Positions 20,358 to 29,708 of a stretch of DNA of 64,000 nucleotides are shown in pieces (positions within the stretch are counted from its first letter, which is position 1; every line of letters begins with the position of its first letter). The notes below the pieces were generated by a model that saw only the letters and a list, made by a program, of their open reading frames with translations, did no database searches and had not been told where the DNA came from. This DNA comes from Candidatus Eiseniibacteriota bacterium. GTDB taxonomy: Bacteria; Eisenbacteria; RBG-16-71-46; CAZAMP01. The position numbers were made by a program, and so were the translations under genes. The stretch is taken from positions 704,001 through 768,000 of the forward strand of contig OZ245046.1 of NCBI GenBank assembly GCA_965224245.1, in the 5' to 3' direction.

Positions 20358-21641
20358 ATGTCGCGAGTCAAACGAGTCGGTGTCTTGATCGCCGGCGCCG
20401 GTCCCGTCGGTCTGCTGGCCGCCATCGCGTTGCGACAACGCAACACGGACGTGGTCATCTTCGATCAGGGGCCGCGCCCCACGACGCGCAGCTACGCACT
20501 GGCGTTGCACCCCGCGACGGTCGCGCTCCTGGACAGCTACGGACTCGGCCCGCGCCTGATGGCCGAGGGCCGGGTGATCGAGACGATGTCGTTTCACGAC
20601 GCGGAGCGCCCGCGCGCCGAGCTGCACTTCCGCGCGGCCCGCGAGGACTTCCCGCACCTGGTCGTCATGCCGCAGGCGAGCCTCGAGCGCATGCTCCAGG
20701 ACCTGCTCGGCGAGCTCGGCACCACCGTCAAGTGGGATCACCGGGTCGCGCGCGTGATGCCGTCGTCCGATGGACCTGCCGCGGTGACGATCGCGAAGCT
20801 CGGCGACGATTCGGTCGGCTATCCGGTGGCACGCACCGAGCGCATCGTCACCAAGGAGCTGGAGTACGAGGCCGACGTCGTGCTCGGCATGGACGGCCAC
20901 CGCTCGGCGGTCCGCCAGAACCTGTTCATCGACTACCCCGAGGTGGACGCGCCGGACATCTTCGCCGTGTTCGAGACCGAGCTGGACACCCCGCTCCCGG
21001 ACATCGCGCGCGTCGGCCTCTCGGAGGCCACGACCGACGTCGTGTGGCCGCTCACCGGCAACGGCTGCCGGTTCGGCTTCCGGCTCGAGGACACCGGCGA
21101 GCCCATCGCACCCCGGCTGAAGAGCCGCCTCCTGGTCGAGCTCCACGACGACGTGTACCGCACGGTTCCCGCCGAGGCGCTCGATCCGTTCATCGCCGAG
21201 CGACTCCCGTGGTTCGACATCGGCGTGCGAGCGATCCGCTGGTCCGCGCTCGTGAAGTTCGAACGCCGACTCGCCGCGTCCTTCGGTCAGGGCAACGTAT
21301 GGCTCGCCGGGGATGCGGCCCATCTGGCCAGCCCGCTGTCGGGGGTCAGCATGAACGTCGGTCTCCAGGAAGGCGATGAGCTGGCGAGGCTCGCGGCCGG
21401 TGTCGTGAGCGGGGCCAGCAGCGTGGCCGACCTGGAAGCCTACGGTCGGCGTCGGACGAGCGTGTGGCACGATCTCCTCGGACTGGAATCGAGCGTGGCG
21501 CCGCTCACGTCGTGCGACGAGTGGGTCGCGGCGAACGCGTCCCGGATCGCGGCGTGCTTGCCCGCGTCCGGGGAGGACCGGGTCCGCCTGGCCAAGGCCC
21601 TCGGGCTGGCGATCTCGACGCCGAACGACGTCGCGGTCTGA
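20358..21641 (+). CDS. FAD-dependent monooxygenase (UbiH/PheA-like)
   Basis: VLIAGAGPVGL, GMDGHRSAVR, WLAGDAAH..SPLSGVSMNVGLQE. Confidence 0.85.
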   Translation: MSRVKRVGVLIAGAGPVGLLAAIALRQRNTDVVIFDQGPRPTTRSYALALHPATVALLDSYGLGPRLMAEGRVIETMSFHDAERPRAELHFRAAREDFPHLVVMPQASLERMLQDLLGELGTTVKWDHRVARVMPSSDGPAAVTIAKLGDDSVGYPVARTERIVTKELEYEADVVLGMDGHRSAVRQNLFIDYPEVDAPDIFAVFETELDTPLPDIARVGLSEATTDVVWPLTGNGCRFGFRLEDTGEPIAPRLKSRLLVELHDDVYRTVPAEALDPFIAERLPWFDIGVRAIRWSALVKFERRLAASFGQGNVWLAGDAAHLASPLSGVSMNVGLQEGDELARLAAGVVSGASSVADLEAYGRRRTSVWHDLLGLESSVAPLTSCDEWVAANASRIAACLPASGEDRVRLAKALGLAISTPNDVAV

Positions 21642-21749
21642 GCGGCCGGTCCCGGCCGGCCGGCGCCAGGGGTGAACGCACGTTCGGGAACTACGTAGCT
21701 CGGCGACCGCAGTCACGTATGTCGCACGCGCCCTCACCTCGTCGATAGT

Positions 21750-21763
21750 TCCGGATATCCGGA
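21750..21763. promoter_or_regulatory. Perfect 14-bp palindrome, candidate ArsR-family autoregulatory operator
   Basis: TCCGGATATCCGGA lies between a -10-like GATAGT and the GAGGAGG RBS of the ArsR gene. Confidence 0.5.
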
Positions 21764-21781
21764 TACGTCGAGGAGGTGGAG

Positions 21782-22114
21782 ATGACGTCGGATACGACCC
21801 CACACGTCGATCTCGATCGGTTCGTCCACGACCGGACGCTCGTCGAGCACCGCGCCGGGATCCTGCGGGCGCTCGGCAACCCCGTCCGGCTGCGGCTCAT
21901 CGCGGTGCTGTGCGATCGAGACTGCACGGTCGGTGAGCTGATTGCGCGCGTCGAGCTTCCCCAGTCGTCCGTCTCGCGCCAGCTGGCCTGGCTTCGCCTG
22001 CACGGACTGGTGACCGACCACATCCACGGCCGGCAACGCACGTATCGCCTGGCCATCCCCGAGGTCGTCAATCTCGTCCGCTGCCTGGCCCGCTGCGGCC
22101 ACGCGCCCACGTAG
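21782..22114 (+). CDS. ArsR/SmtB-family repressor, possibly persulfide sensing
   Basis: LRALGNPVRLRLI, TVGEL, QSSVSRQLAWLR; Cys pairs CDRDC and CLARC; leads the psr operon. Confidence 0.85.
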   Translation: MTSDTTPHVDLDRFVHDRTLVEHRAGILRALGNPVRLRLIAVLCDRDCTVGELIARVELPQSSVSRQLAWLRLHGLVTDHIHGRQRTYRLAIPEVVNLVRCLARCGHAPT

Positions 22115-22130
22115 TCGAAGGAGCGACGTC

Positions 22131-24344
22131 ATGTCTCGCGTCTCGCGGCGATCGTTCATCAAGGTCGGGGGGGCCGCATCCGCCGGTGTCGCGATGTCCG
22201 GGCTCACCAGCAACTGGTGGGGGCTCGATCCCGATCGCGTCCACGATCCGTCAACCGACGGAGATCGGGTGGTGCCGACGTTCTGTGAGCTGTGCTTCTG
22301 GAAGTGCGGCGTTCTCGCTCACGTCACGAACGGTCGGGTCACGAAGATCGTGGGCAACCCCGCGCACCCGCTCTCACGCGGGCGGCTCTGTCCCCGCGGG
22401 ACCGGCGGCGTGGGGCTTCTGTACGACCCCGATCGCCTCCGGCAGCCGCTGCTCCGGGTCTCGAAACGCGGCTCCGACGAGTTCGAGCCGGTCAGCTGGG
22501 ACACCGCGCTCGATCACGTGGCCACGAACCTGGCCAGGATCCGGGACGAGCACGGTCCCGAGGCGGTCGCACTCTACAGCCACGGCTACGGCGGCTCGTG
22601 GTTCAAGCACCTCATGCATGCGTACGGGTCGCCGAACGTCGCCGCGCCGTCCTACGCGCAGTGCCGTGGACCGCGCGAGGTCGGCTTTCAGCTCACGTTC
22701 GGCTCCGGGGTCGGATCGCCGGAGAACACGGACATGCCCAACGCCCGCGTCATCACGCTGATCGGCTCGCATCTCGGTGAGAACATGCACAACACGCAGG
22801 TGCAGGATCTCGCCGAAGCCCTCGACCGGGGCGCGGAGCTGATCGTCGTCGATCCGCGGTTCTCGACCGCGGCCGGGAAGGCGCGCCACTGGCTGCCGAT
22901 CAAGCCCGGAACCGACATCGCGCTCCTTCTGGCGTGGATGCACGTGATCATCGAGGAGAAGCTCTACGCGCGCGACTACGTCGAGCGCTACGCGACGGGG
23001 TTCGATGCGCTGCGTGCCCACGTGCGCGACAAGACGCCGGAGTGGGCGTTCACCCGGACGACCATTCCGCCCGAGACGATCGTGGCCACCGCGCGCCTGA
23101 TGGCCGGGGCGAGCCCGGCGTCGCTCGTCCACCCCGGGCGTCACGTCACGTGGTACGGCGACGACACCCAGCGCAGCCGGGCCATCGCGATCCTGAACGC
23201 GCTGCTCGGCGCGTGGGGACATCGTGGCGGCTTCGTCCTGCCGACGGCGATGTCGATCCCGCCGTATCCGTACGCGCATCCAGGTGTGAGGATGCCCGCG
23301 AGCGCGGACATGCCGAGGGATACGGTCTACCCGATGGCCGGCGCCACGCTGGCGTCCGGTCTCTGTGACGCATCGATCCCCGGAACGGCCGACTACGACA
23401 TCCGGTCCTGGATCGTCTACGGCACCAACCTGATCCAGTCACTTCCCGATCCCCGGAAAACGCGCCGGGCGCTGGCCGAGCTCGACTTCGTGGTCGCGAT
23501 CGACGTGCTGCCGATGGAGATCGTCGGCTGGGCCGACGTGGTGCTGCCCGAGGCCACGTATCTCGAGCGCTGTGACGAAGTGCACGCGCCGCCGTTCCGG
23601 ACGCCGTTCCTCGCGGTGCGTCAGCCCGTGGTCGAGCCGATGTACGACACGAGGCCCGGCTGGCGGATCGCGCGGGAGATCGGCACACGGCTCGGTCTCG
23701 ACGAGTACTTCCCGTGGACCGACAGCGTCGAGTATGCCAAGCGTCGAGTGTCGGATGCGGGTCTCGACTGCGAGACGCTGATGACGACGGGCGTGATCGA
23801 GGGGCCTCCATCGCCGATCACGATCGAGGACGGCCTCGAGCCCTCGTTCGCCACGCCATCGGGCAAGATCGAGCTCTACTCACGACAGCTCGCCGACTCG
23901 GGCTTCGATCCGATGCCGGTCTATCGGGCCCCGGAGGAGCCGCCGCCGGGGTCGTTCCGGCTGCTCTTCGGACGGGCGCCGATGCACACGTTCGGCCGCA
24001 CCACCAACAACCGCTTCCTGTCGGAGGTTCACGACGAAAACGAGGTGTGGGTAAACGCCCGGATCGCCCGCGAGCGCGGGATCGCCGACCGTGAGCGGGT
24101 CACCCTCGTCAACCAGGACGGAGTGCGCTCCGCCCCGATCCGCGTACGTGCCACCGAGCGGATCCGACCGGACTGCGTCTACATGGTTCATGGGTATGGT
24201 CACACCGCGAAGGGTCTCCGCTTCGCGCGCGGCCGGGGGGCGAGCGACGCCGAGCTCGTCACCCGCGTCGCCGTGGATCCGATCATGGGTGGCACCGGGA
24301 TGAACGTGAACGTCGTCACGATCGAAAAGGGGGCGCCGGCATGA
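22131..24344 (+). CDS. psrA: Polysulfide/thiosulfate reductase catalytic Mo-bisPGD subunit (PsrA/PhsA family)
   Basis: Tat motif SRRSFIK; CELCFWKC...C Fe-S motif; SYAQCRGPR; HPGRH; FATPSGKIEL. Confidence 0.85.
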   Translation: MSRVSRRSFIKVGGAASAGVAMSGLTSNWWGLDPDRVHDPSTDGDRVVPTFCELCFWKCGVLAHVTNGRVTKIVGNPAHPLSRGRLCPRGTGGVGLLYDPDRLRQPLLRVSKRGSDEFEPVSWDTALDHVATNLARIRDEHGPEAVALYSHGYGGSWFKHLMHAYGSPNVAAPSYAQCRGPREVGFQLTFGSGVGSPENTDMPNARVITLIGSHLGENMHNTQVQDLAEALDRGAELIVVDPRFSTAAGKARHWLPIKPGTDIALLLAWMHVIIEEKLYARDYVERYATGFDALRAHVRDKTPEWAFTRTTIPPETIVATARLMAGASPASLVHPGRHVTWYGDDTQRSRAIAILNALLGAWGHRGGFVLPTAMSIPPYPYAHPGVRMPASADMPRDTVYPMAGATLASGLCDASIPGTADYDIRSWIVYGTNLIQSLPDPRKTRRALAELDFVVAIDVLPMEIVGWADVVLPEATYLERCDEVHAPPFRTPFLAVRQPVVEPMYDTRPGWRIAREIGTRLGLDEYFPWTDSVEYAKRRVSDAGLDCETLMTTGVIEGPPSPITIEDGLEPSFATPSGKIELYSRQLADSGFDPMPVYRAPEEPPPGSFRLLFGRAPMHTFGRTTNNRFLSEVHDENEVWVNARIARERGIADRERVTLVNQDGVRSAPIRVRATERIRPDCVYMVHGYGHTAKGLRFARGRGASDAELVTRVAVDPIMGGTGMNVNVVTIEKGAPA

Positions 24345-24883
24345 GCGCGAAACGCTACGCGATGGCCGTCGACACGCGCCTCTGTGTCGGCTGCAGCGCC
24401 TGCGTGCTGGCCTGCAAGGCGGAGAACGACGTCCCCGATGGTTACTGCCGGGACTGGATCGTCGAGGAGGTGCGCGGAACGTATCCGGACCTCCGCGCCG
24501 AGATCCGGTCCGAGCGCTGCAATCACTGCAGCCGTCCGCCCTGTGTGTCGTCGTGCCCCACGGGGGCGAGCCACCTGAGCGACGGCGGGGTGGTGCTGGT
24601 CACGCACGACAGGTGCACCGGATGCAAGGCATGCATCGCGTCGTGTCCGTACGATGCGCGGTTCGTGCATCCTGACGGATACGTCGACAAGTGCACGTTC
24701 TGTCTGCACCGCGTGCGCCACGGCGAGGAGCCGGCCTGCGTTGCGGTGTGTCCCACGCGATGTCTGACGTTCGGCGATCTGAACGATCCGGACTCGCGCC
24801 TCTCCATGCTCCTTCGGACGCGAGAGCACACGGTCAATCATCCCGAGACCGGGTGCGACCCCAACGTCTACTTCCTGGTGTGA
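24341..24883 (+). CDS. psrB: Polysulfide reductase 4Fe-4S subunit (PsrB/NrfC/DmsB family)
   Basis: CVGCSACVLAC, CNHCSRPPCVSSCP, CTGCKACIASCP, KCTFC...C..VCP; ATGA overlap. Confidence 0.88.
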   Translation: MSAKRYAMAVDTRLCVGCSACVLACKAENDVPDGYCRDWIVEEVRGTYPDLRAEIRSERCNHCSRPPCVSSCPTGASHLSDGGVVLVTHDRCTGCKACIASCPYDARFVHPDGYVDKCTFCLHRVRHGEEPACVAVCPTRCLTFGDLNDPDSRLSMLLRTREHTVNHPETGCDPNVYFLV

Positions 24884-24896
24884 GGAGGAGAGAGTC

Positions 24897-25811
24897 ATGT
24901 CGCTCGCATCGGTCCCCGTCGAGATCCTGCACGGGAGACACAATCCTCACATCGATCCGGTGCTCCACGTCTGGGGCTGGGAGATTCCCGTCTACCTGTT
25001 CCTCGGTGGACTGGCTGCCGGGCTCATCGTGCTGTCGGCGATCCTCGCCCGACGGCCGGACGCCGGGGAGCTGCCGGCGCGTATCCGGCGCATGCCGCTG
25101 GTCGCGCTCGGGCTCCTGAGCGTTGGAATGGGGGCGCTGCTCCTCGATCTCGAGTATCCGTCCCACGTACTCCGCTTCTTCGCGAGCTTCCAGCCGGCGT
25201 CTCCGATGTCGTGGGGGTCGTGGATCCTCGTGCTCGTGTACCCGTCCGCCCTGGCGCTGGCCTGGCGACTCGAGCGCCGGAAGCCCGTCGGGTCCGGCGT
25301 TGCGATGCTGGCCGTTGCCGCGGGGGTCGCGCTCGGCATCTACACCGGCGTCCTTCTCGGCGCGCTCGGTGCGCGGCCGCTCTGGAACTCGGCGGTGCTG
25401 GGCCCGCTGTTCCTGGTCTCGGGGCTGTCGACCGGCGCCGCGCTGATGCTCCTCGCCCGTCCCGGTCCTCGCGCGGCGGCACGCCTGACCCGCTGGGACA
25501 CCGGCCTCATCGTGCTGGAGCTCGTCCTGATCGGGGTGTTCGTCATCGGCCTGGCGTCGGGTGGACGCGCGGCCGCGCACTCCCTCGCGCTGATTCTCGG
25601 CGGACCCTACACGCCGATCTTCTGGGCGCTCGTGGTGATCGCGGGACTCCTGGTTCCGCTCCTCGTGAACGGGCTCGAGATCAGCCACCGGGTCCCGGTC
25701 AACGCGGTGGCGCCGATCCTCGTGCTCGTCGGCGGCCTGGCGCTCCGGTGGGTGCTCGTCGTCGCCGGGCAGCACTCGACGGTGGGTCTGTCGGCTCTCG
25801 TGGGGAGGTGA
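24897..25811 (+). CDS. psrC: NrfD/PsrC membrane anchor
   Basis: WGWEIPVYLFLGGLAAG, LDL, SPMSWGSW, YTGVLL, RPLWN, GGLALRW. Confidence 0.85.
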   Translation: MSLASVPVEILHGRHNPHIDPVLHVWGWEIPVYLFLGGLAAGLIVLSAILARRPDAGELPARIRRMPLVALGLLSVGMGALLLDLEYPSHVLRFFASFQPASPMSWGSWILVLVYPSALALAWRLERRKPVGSGVAMLAVAAGVALGIYTGVLLGALGARPLWNSAVLGPLFLVSGLSTGAALMLLARPGPRAAARLTRWDTGLIVLELVLIGVFVIGLASGGRAAAHSLALILGGPYTPIFWALVVIAGLLVPLLVNGLEISHRVPVNAVAPILVLVGGLALRWVLVVAGQHSTVGLSALVGR

Positions 25812-25831
25812 CACCGTGGACGTGAAACTAT

Positions 25832-26317
25832 GTGGCCGGCGTCGTGCTGGGGCTCGTGCTGCTGACCTCGTTCCTCGTGCTGGGGATGGGGCTCGGCTCA
25901 TCGGGCGCCGTGACCCGACTCGGCGTCGGCATCTCTCATCTGATCGCTCCGGACGCCGTCGAGAGCAACGCGTACCTGTCGCGGTACGTCGGTCCGGGAA
26001 AGTCGCACGTGCTCGATGACTGGCTCGTGTTCCTGGTGCTCGGCGTGTTCCTGGGCGGTGCCGTGGGTGCGCTGAGCGGGGGCCGGCTCCGCCGGGAGGT
26101 CGTGCGCGGACCGCGAATGTCGGCGCTCGGCCGCATCCTGCTGGCCGTCGCGGGCGGCGTGCTGATGGGCGTGGCCGCTCGCTTCGCCCGCGGCTGCACC
26201 TCGGGACAGGCGCTCTCGGGGGGAGCCCTGCTGTCCGTGGGGTCGTGGGTGTTCATGCTCGCGGTGTTCGCCGGCGGCTATCTCCTGGCGCCGGTGGTGC
26301 GGAGGCAATGGCGATGA
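25832..26317 (+). CDS. YeeE/YedE sulfur-compound transporter (first unit), N-terminus irregular
   Basis: GLGSSG, ARGCTSGQALSGG, four TM helices; in-frame TGA at 25823-25825 just upstream. Confidence 0.75.
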   Translation: MAGVVLGLVLLTSFLVLGMGLGSSGAVTRLGVGISHLIAPDAVESNAYLSRYVGPGKSHVLDDWLVFLVLGVFLGGAVGALSGGRLRREVVRGPRMSALGRILLAVAGGVLMGVAARFARGCTSGQALSGGALLSVGSWVFMLAVFAGGYLLAPVVRRQWR

Positions 26318-27492
26318 CGACGCTTCCACTCTACATGAACGACGCGTTCGGGTATCCGGTGGGCCTGGTCCTGGCGGTCGTGATCGGCTTCGGGTTCGGC
26401 TTCGCGCTGGAGCGGGCCGGGTTCGGCCGGGCATCGGTGCTGGCCGCGCAGTTCTATCTCACCGACATGCGTGTCCTGAAGGTGATGTTCACCGCGATCG
26501 TGACCGCGCTGATCGGGACGACGATCGCATCGGCGGTCGGCGTGCTCGATCTCTCGCAGGTCGCGGTGCCCCACACCTACCTCTGGCCGCAGCTCGTGGG
26601 CGGGCTCCTGCTCGGTGCGGGCTTCATCGTGTCCGGCTACTGCCCGGGGACCGGCGTCGTGGCGGCCGCATCGGGTAAGCTCGACGGACTCGCCGCGATC
26701 GCGGGCGTGATGCTCGGCTCGGTTCTGTTCGGGCTCGCGTACCCGTGGGTGGAGTCGTTCCACCTGTCGGGTGATCTCGGTGTCTTTCGTCTCACCGATC
26801 TCATACACCTCTCCCAGCCGATCCTCGCACTCCTGGTCACCGCGATGGCGCTGGCCATGTTCCTCGGAGGCGAGGCACTCGAGCGGTGGCAGGCCACTCG
26901 CGATCGCAGCACGCCGCCCGAGGTGTCGCGCGCGCCGCGCCGCCGCGCTCTCGTGGGCCTGGGCGTGGGCGCGCTGGCCGGGCTGGCCACGCTTCTGGTC
27001 CCGGTCCGAGTGACGTCCGATGAGCCCGTCCCGGCGCCGGGACGGATCTCCGCGCTCCAGCTCGCGGAGGTGCTCGTGCGCGACCCGTCGTCGCTCTTCG
27101 TGATCGACGTGCGCCCCGACGGGGGCGGCGATCCGATCCCGGGCGCGATGCGCGTCCCGGCGGGCGACACGCTGGAGTCGTTCGTGGCGCGCCTGCCGGG
27201 CACGCGTCTTCTCGTGGTCTACGACGAGCGCGGGGAATCGGATGCGCTCGAGGAGGCGGTCGGCGGATTCGACGGTCGCGTCGCGACGCTCACGGGTGGA
27301 TACGAGGCGTTCGATCGCACGATCCTGTCGCCGCCGGAGCCGATCGAGAGCCCGAGCGCCGACGACGTCGCGCTGCATCGCCTGCGCGCGGCGCTTCATG
27401 CACACTTCACCGGATCCAGCCAGTCCGCGCCGCCGCCCGTGGTGCCGAAGAAGGCGGTGCAGCGTTCGACCACGCGTGCCGGAGGGTGCTGA
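26314..27492 (+). CDS. YeeE/YedE transporter fused to a rhodanese-like domain with C-terminal GGC
   Basis: FGFALERAGFG, DMRVLKVMF, SGYCPGTG; IDVR..IPGA..LTGGY; Pro-rich linker ending RAGGC. Confidence 0.8.
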   Translation: MTTLPLYMNDAFGYPVGLVLAVVIGFGFGFALERAGFGRASVLAAQFYLTDMRVLKVMFTAIVTALIGTTIASAVGVLDLSQVAVPHTYLWPQLVGGLLLGAGFIVSGYCPGTGVVAAASGKLDGLAAIAGVMLGSVLFGLAYPWVESFHLSGDLGVFRLTDLIHLSQPILALLVTAMALAMFLGGEALERWQATRDRSTPPEVSRAPRRRALVGLGVGALAGLATLLVPVRVTSDEPVPAPGRISALQLAEVLVRDPSSLFVIDVRPDGGGDPIPGAMRVPAGDTLESFVARLPGTRLLVVYDERGESDALEEAVGGFDGRVATLTGGYEAFDRTILSPPEPIESPSADDVALHRLRAALHAHFTGSSQSAPPPVVPKKAVQRSTTRAGGC

Positions 27493-27604
27493 GAGCCGCC
27501 TGCATCAGGGTCTCGCGGGGCTCGCCGATGGGCCGCGATCCCGGCGGACGCGCACTACGGTGCGGGAGCGTGACCGCTGGCGACCCATGCGCGCTGTGTG
27601 GCCG

Positions 27605-29461
27605 TCACATCACCGCGTGCATCGGCGCCAGCTCGGCGGCCCGGAGTGGAACCCCGAGCGCGATCGCCCCGGGGATCGCGCGATGGGCGAAGTGGAACGC
27701 CGTCTGCACCTTGTTGTGAAGGAACGCCGCCTCGGGCGTCCCGGCCAGCCACGCGGCCAGCGCGCGAGGATCGTCCGTGACCTCCGCCTCGGCACGAAGC
27801 GCGGCCAGGCGTGACTCGGCGATGACGGCCTGCTCCAGGAGGTAGTGGCCGCCGAGCGCATGACCAAACATGTCGAGCACCGGAACGGCGTTCATCAGGA
27901 GCACCATCTGGCCGTCCCGACGCTCCGCGGCCATCGCCGAGACCTCCTGGATCTGTTGCAGGAGCTTGCCCAGGAGCTTGGCCGCGCGCGCGATCGGATC
28001 GGTGTCGGCGTTCTCGCGGGCCATCAGCGTCTGCACCGTCGCGCCGGCCATGCCGAGGAGCTCCTTGATCGGCTGCCCGTCGTTGGCCGGGAGCTTGCGC
28101 ATCACGAGATCGAGCGCCTGGATGCCGTTCGTGCCCTCGTAGATCGACGCGATCTTCGCGTCGCGGAGATACTGCTCGACCGGGTACTCGCGCGTGTAGC
28201 CGTATCCGCCGAACACCTGGAGACACCACTCGGTCACCCGGAAGCCCCAGTCCGAGCCCCACGCCTTGCAGATCGGGGTGAGGACGTCCACGTAGGACTG
28301 GAAGCGCGCGCGCTCGTCGCCCTCGGTGACGCGTGTCTTGTCGATGTAGAACGACGTGCGCAGAAGGAGCGCACGCATGGCCTCGACGTAGGCCCCCGAC
28401 GTGAAGAGCATCCGTCTGACGTCGGGGTGCTCGATGATCGCGGCGGGCGGGGCATCACGATCGGCCAGCTTCGTCCAGTGCCGGCTCTGCTTGCGCTCGC
28501 GCGCAAAGCGTAGCGCCGCCTCGTGGGCCGCGCCGGCCAGCGCCTGGCCCTGCAGACCCACCTCGATGCGGGCGGGGTTCATCATGTGGAACATGAGCCG
28601 CATGCCGGCGTTCTCCTCGCCGAGGAGATACCCCTCACAGCCGTCGGACTGGCCGAACACCAGCGAGCAGGTGGGCGAGGCGTGAATGCCGAGCTTCTCC
28701 TCGACGCCGCCGCAGGCGACGTCGTTGGGCTCTCCCAGCGAGCCGTCCGGATTGACGCGGATCTTGGGCACGATGAACAGCGACAGGCCGCGCGTGCCCT
28801 CCGGCGCGCCTTCGACGCGCGCGAGGACCGCGTGGATGATGTTGTCGGTCAGGTCGTGATCACCACCGGTGATGAAGATTTTCTCGCCCGTGATCGCGTA
28901 ACGGCCGTCGCCCAGCCGGACGGCCTTCGTCCGTGCCGCGCCGACGTCCGATCCGGCCTGCGGCTCGGTGAGGCACATCGTGCCCGCCCAGGTTCCGGCA
29001 TACATTTTCTCGCAGAAGCGCGCGCGCTGGTCGTCGGTGCCGAAGTCCTCGATGAGGGCGGCCGCGCCGCGCGTGAGGAGCGTGGTCAGCGAGAGCGACA
29101 TGTTGGCGCCGAAGAAGAACTCGTTCGTGACGTTGCCGACGATCTCGGGGAGACCCATGCCGCCGTACTCGGGGTTGTTGATGCAGCCGATCCATCCGCC
29201 CTCGGCCAGGACGTCGTAGGCAGGCTTGAAGGACGGCGGAAGCGTGACCGTTCCGTCGCGCCAGGTGACCCCGATCCGATCTCCCTCGGCGTTCGTGGGG
29301 GCCCAGCTCTCCTGGGCGATCTTGAGCGCTTCCTGGATCACCATCTCGATGCTGGCGCGATCCCACTCCGCGAAACGCTCGTGCGAGAGGATCTCGTCGA
29401 TGGGCAGCCAGTCGAAGAGCTGAAACGTCACGTCGCGCAGGTTGACGTCGTAGTTCACCAC
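27605..29461 (-). CDS. Acyl-CoA dehydrogenase (long, DmdC-like architecture)
   Basis: GTMCLTEPQAGSD, GEKIFITGGDHD, EEKLGIHASPTC, QVFGGYGY, IYEGTNGIQALDL. Confidence 0.93.
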   Translation of the reverse strand: MVNYDVNLRDVTFQLFDWLPIDEILSHERFAEWDRASIEMVIQEALKIAQESWAPTNAEGDRIGVTWRDGTVTLPPSFKPAYDVLAEGGWIGCINNPEYGGMGLPEIVGNVTNEFFFGANMSLSLTTLLTRGAAALIEDFGTDDQRARFCEKMYAGTWAGTMCLTEPQAGSDVGAARTKAVRLGDGRYAITGEKIFITGGDHDLTDNIIHAVLARVEGAPEGTRGLSLFIVPKIRVNPDGSLGEPNDVACGGVEEKLGIHASPTCSLVFGQSDGCEGYLLGEENAGMRLMFHMMNPARIEVGLQGQALAGAAHEAALRFARERKQSRHWTKLADRDAPPAAIIEHPDVRRMLFTSGAYVEAMRALLLRTSFYIDKTRVTEGDERARFQSYVDVLTPICKAWGSDWGFRVTEWCLQVFGGYGYTREYPVEQYLRDAKIASIYEGTNGIQALDLVMRKLPANDGQPIKELLGMAGATVQTLMARENADTDPIARAAKLLGKLLQQIQEVSAMAAERRDGQMVLLMNAVPVLDMFGHALGGHYLLEQAVIAESRLAALRAEAEVTDDPRALAAWLAGTPEAAFLHNKVQTAFHFAHRAIPGAIALGVPLRAAELAPMHAVM

Positions 29462-29708
29462 TCACCTCCCAGGTGAGAATGCCGTTCCGCACGGCACGGA
29501 GCCGGGACGTCCCGGGGACGCGTCGCCGCGCCCGCCAGGAAAGCCGGCCAGTGTGACGCAACGACGAGTCGCTCGCAACCGTGGACTCGTGGCCACGAAT
29601 GGCCGTGTCGCGCGGATTCGGATGACGTTCGGAGACGGGCCCGGCACGTCACGGGACGTTGCGCTCGGGTGCGCGGTTCCCGGTGTCCGCGGTCGGCGCA
29701 CGAGGTCC

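Noticed and set aside
25823-25825. In-frame TGA before yeeE as selenocysteine
   Set aside because: The position does not correspond to a conserved YeeE Cys and no clear SECIS follows.
27481-27523. GGC-TGA followed by a hairpin as a possible Cys-Sec motif with SECIS
   Set aside because: Hairpins are common in GC-rich DNA, the apical loop is not a convincing bacterial SECIS, the read-through peptide is not protein-like, and no sel genes are in the window.
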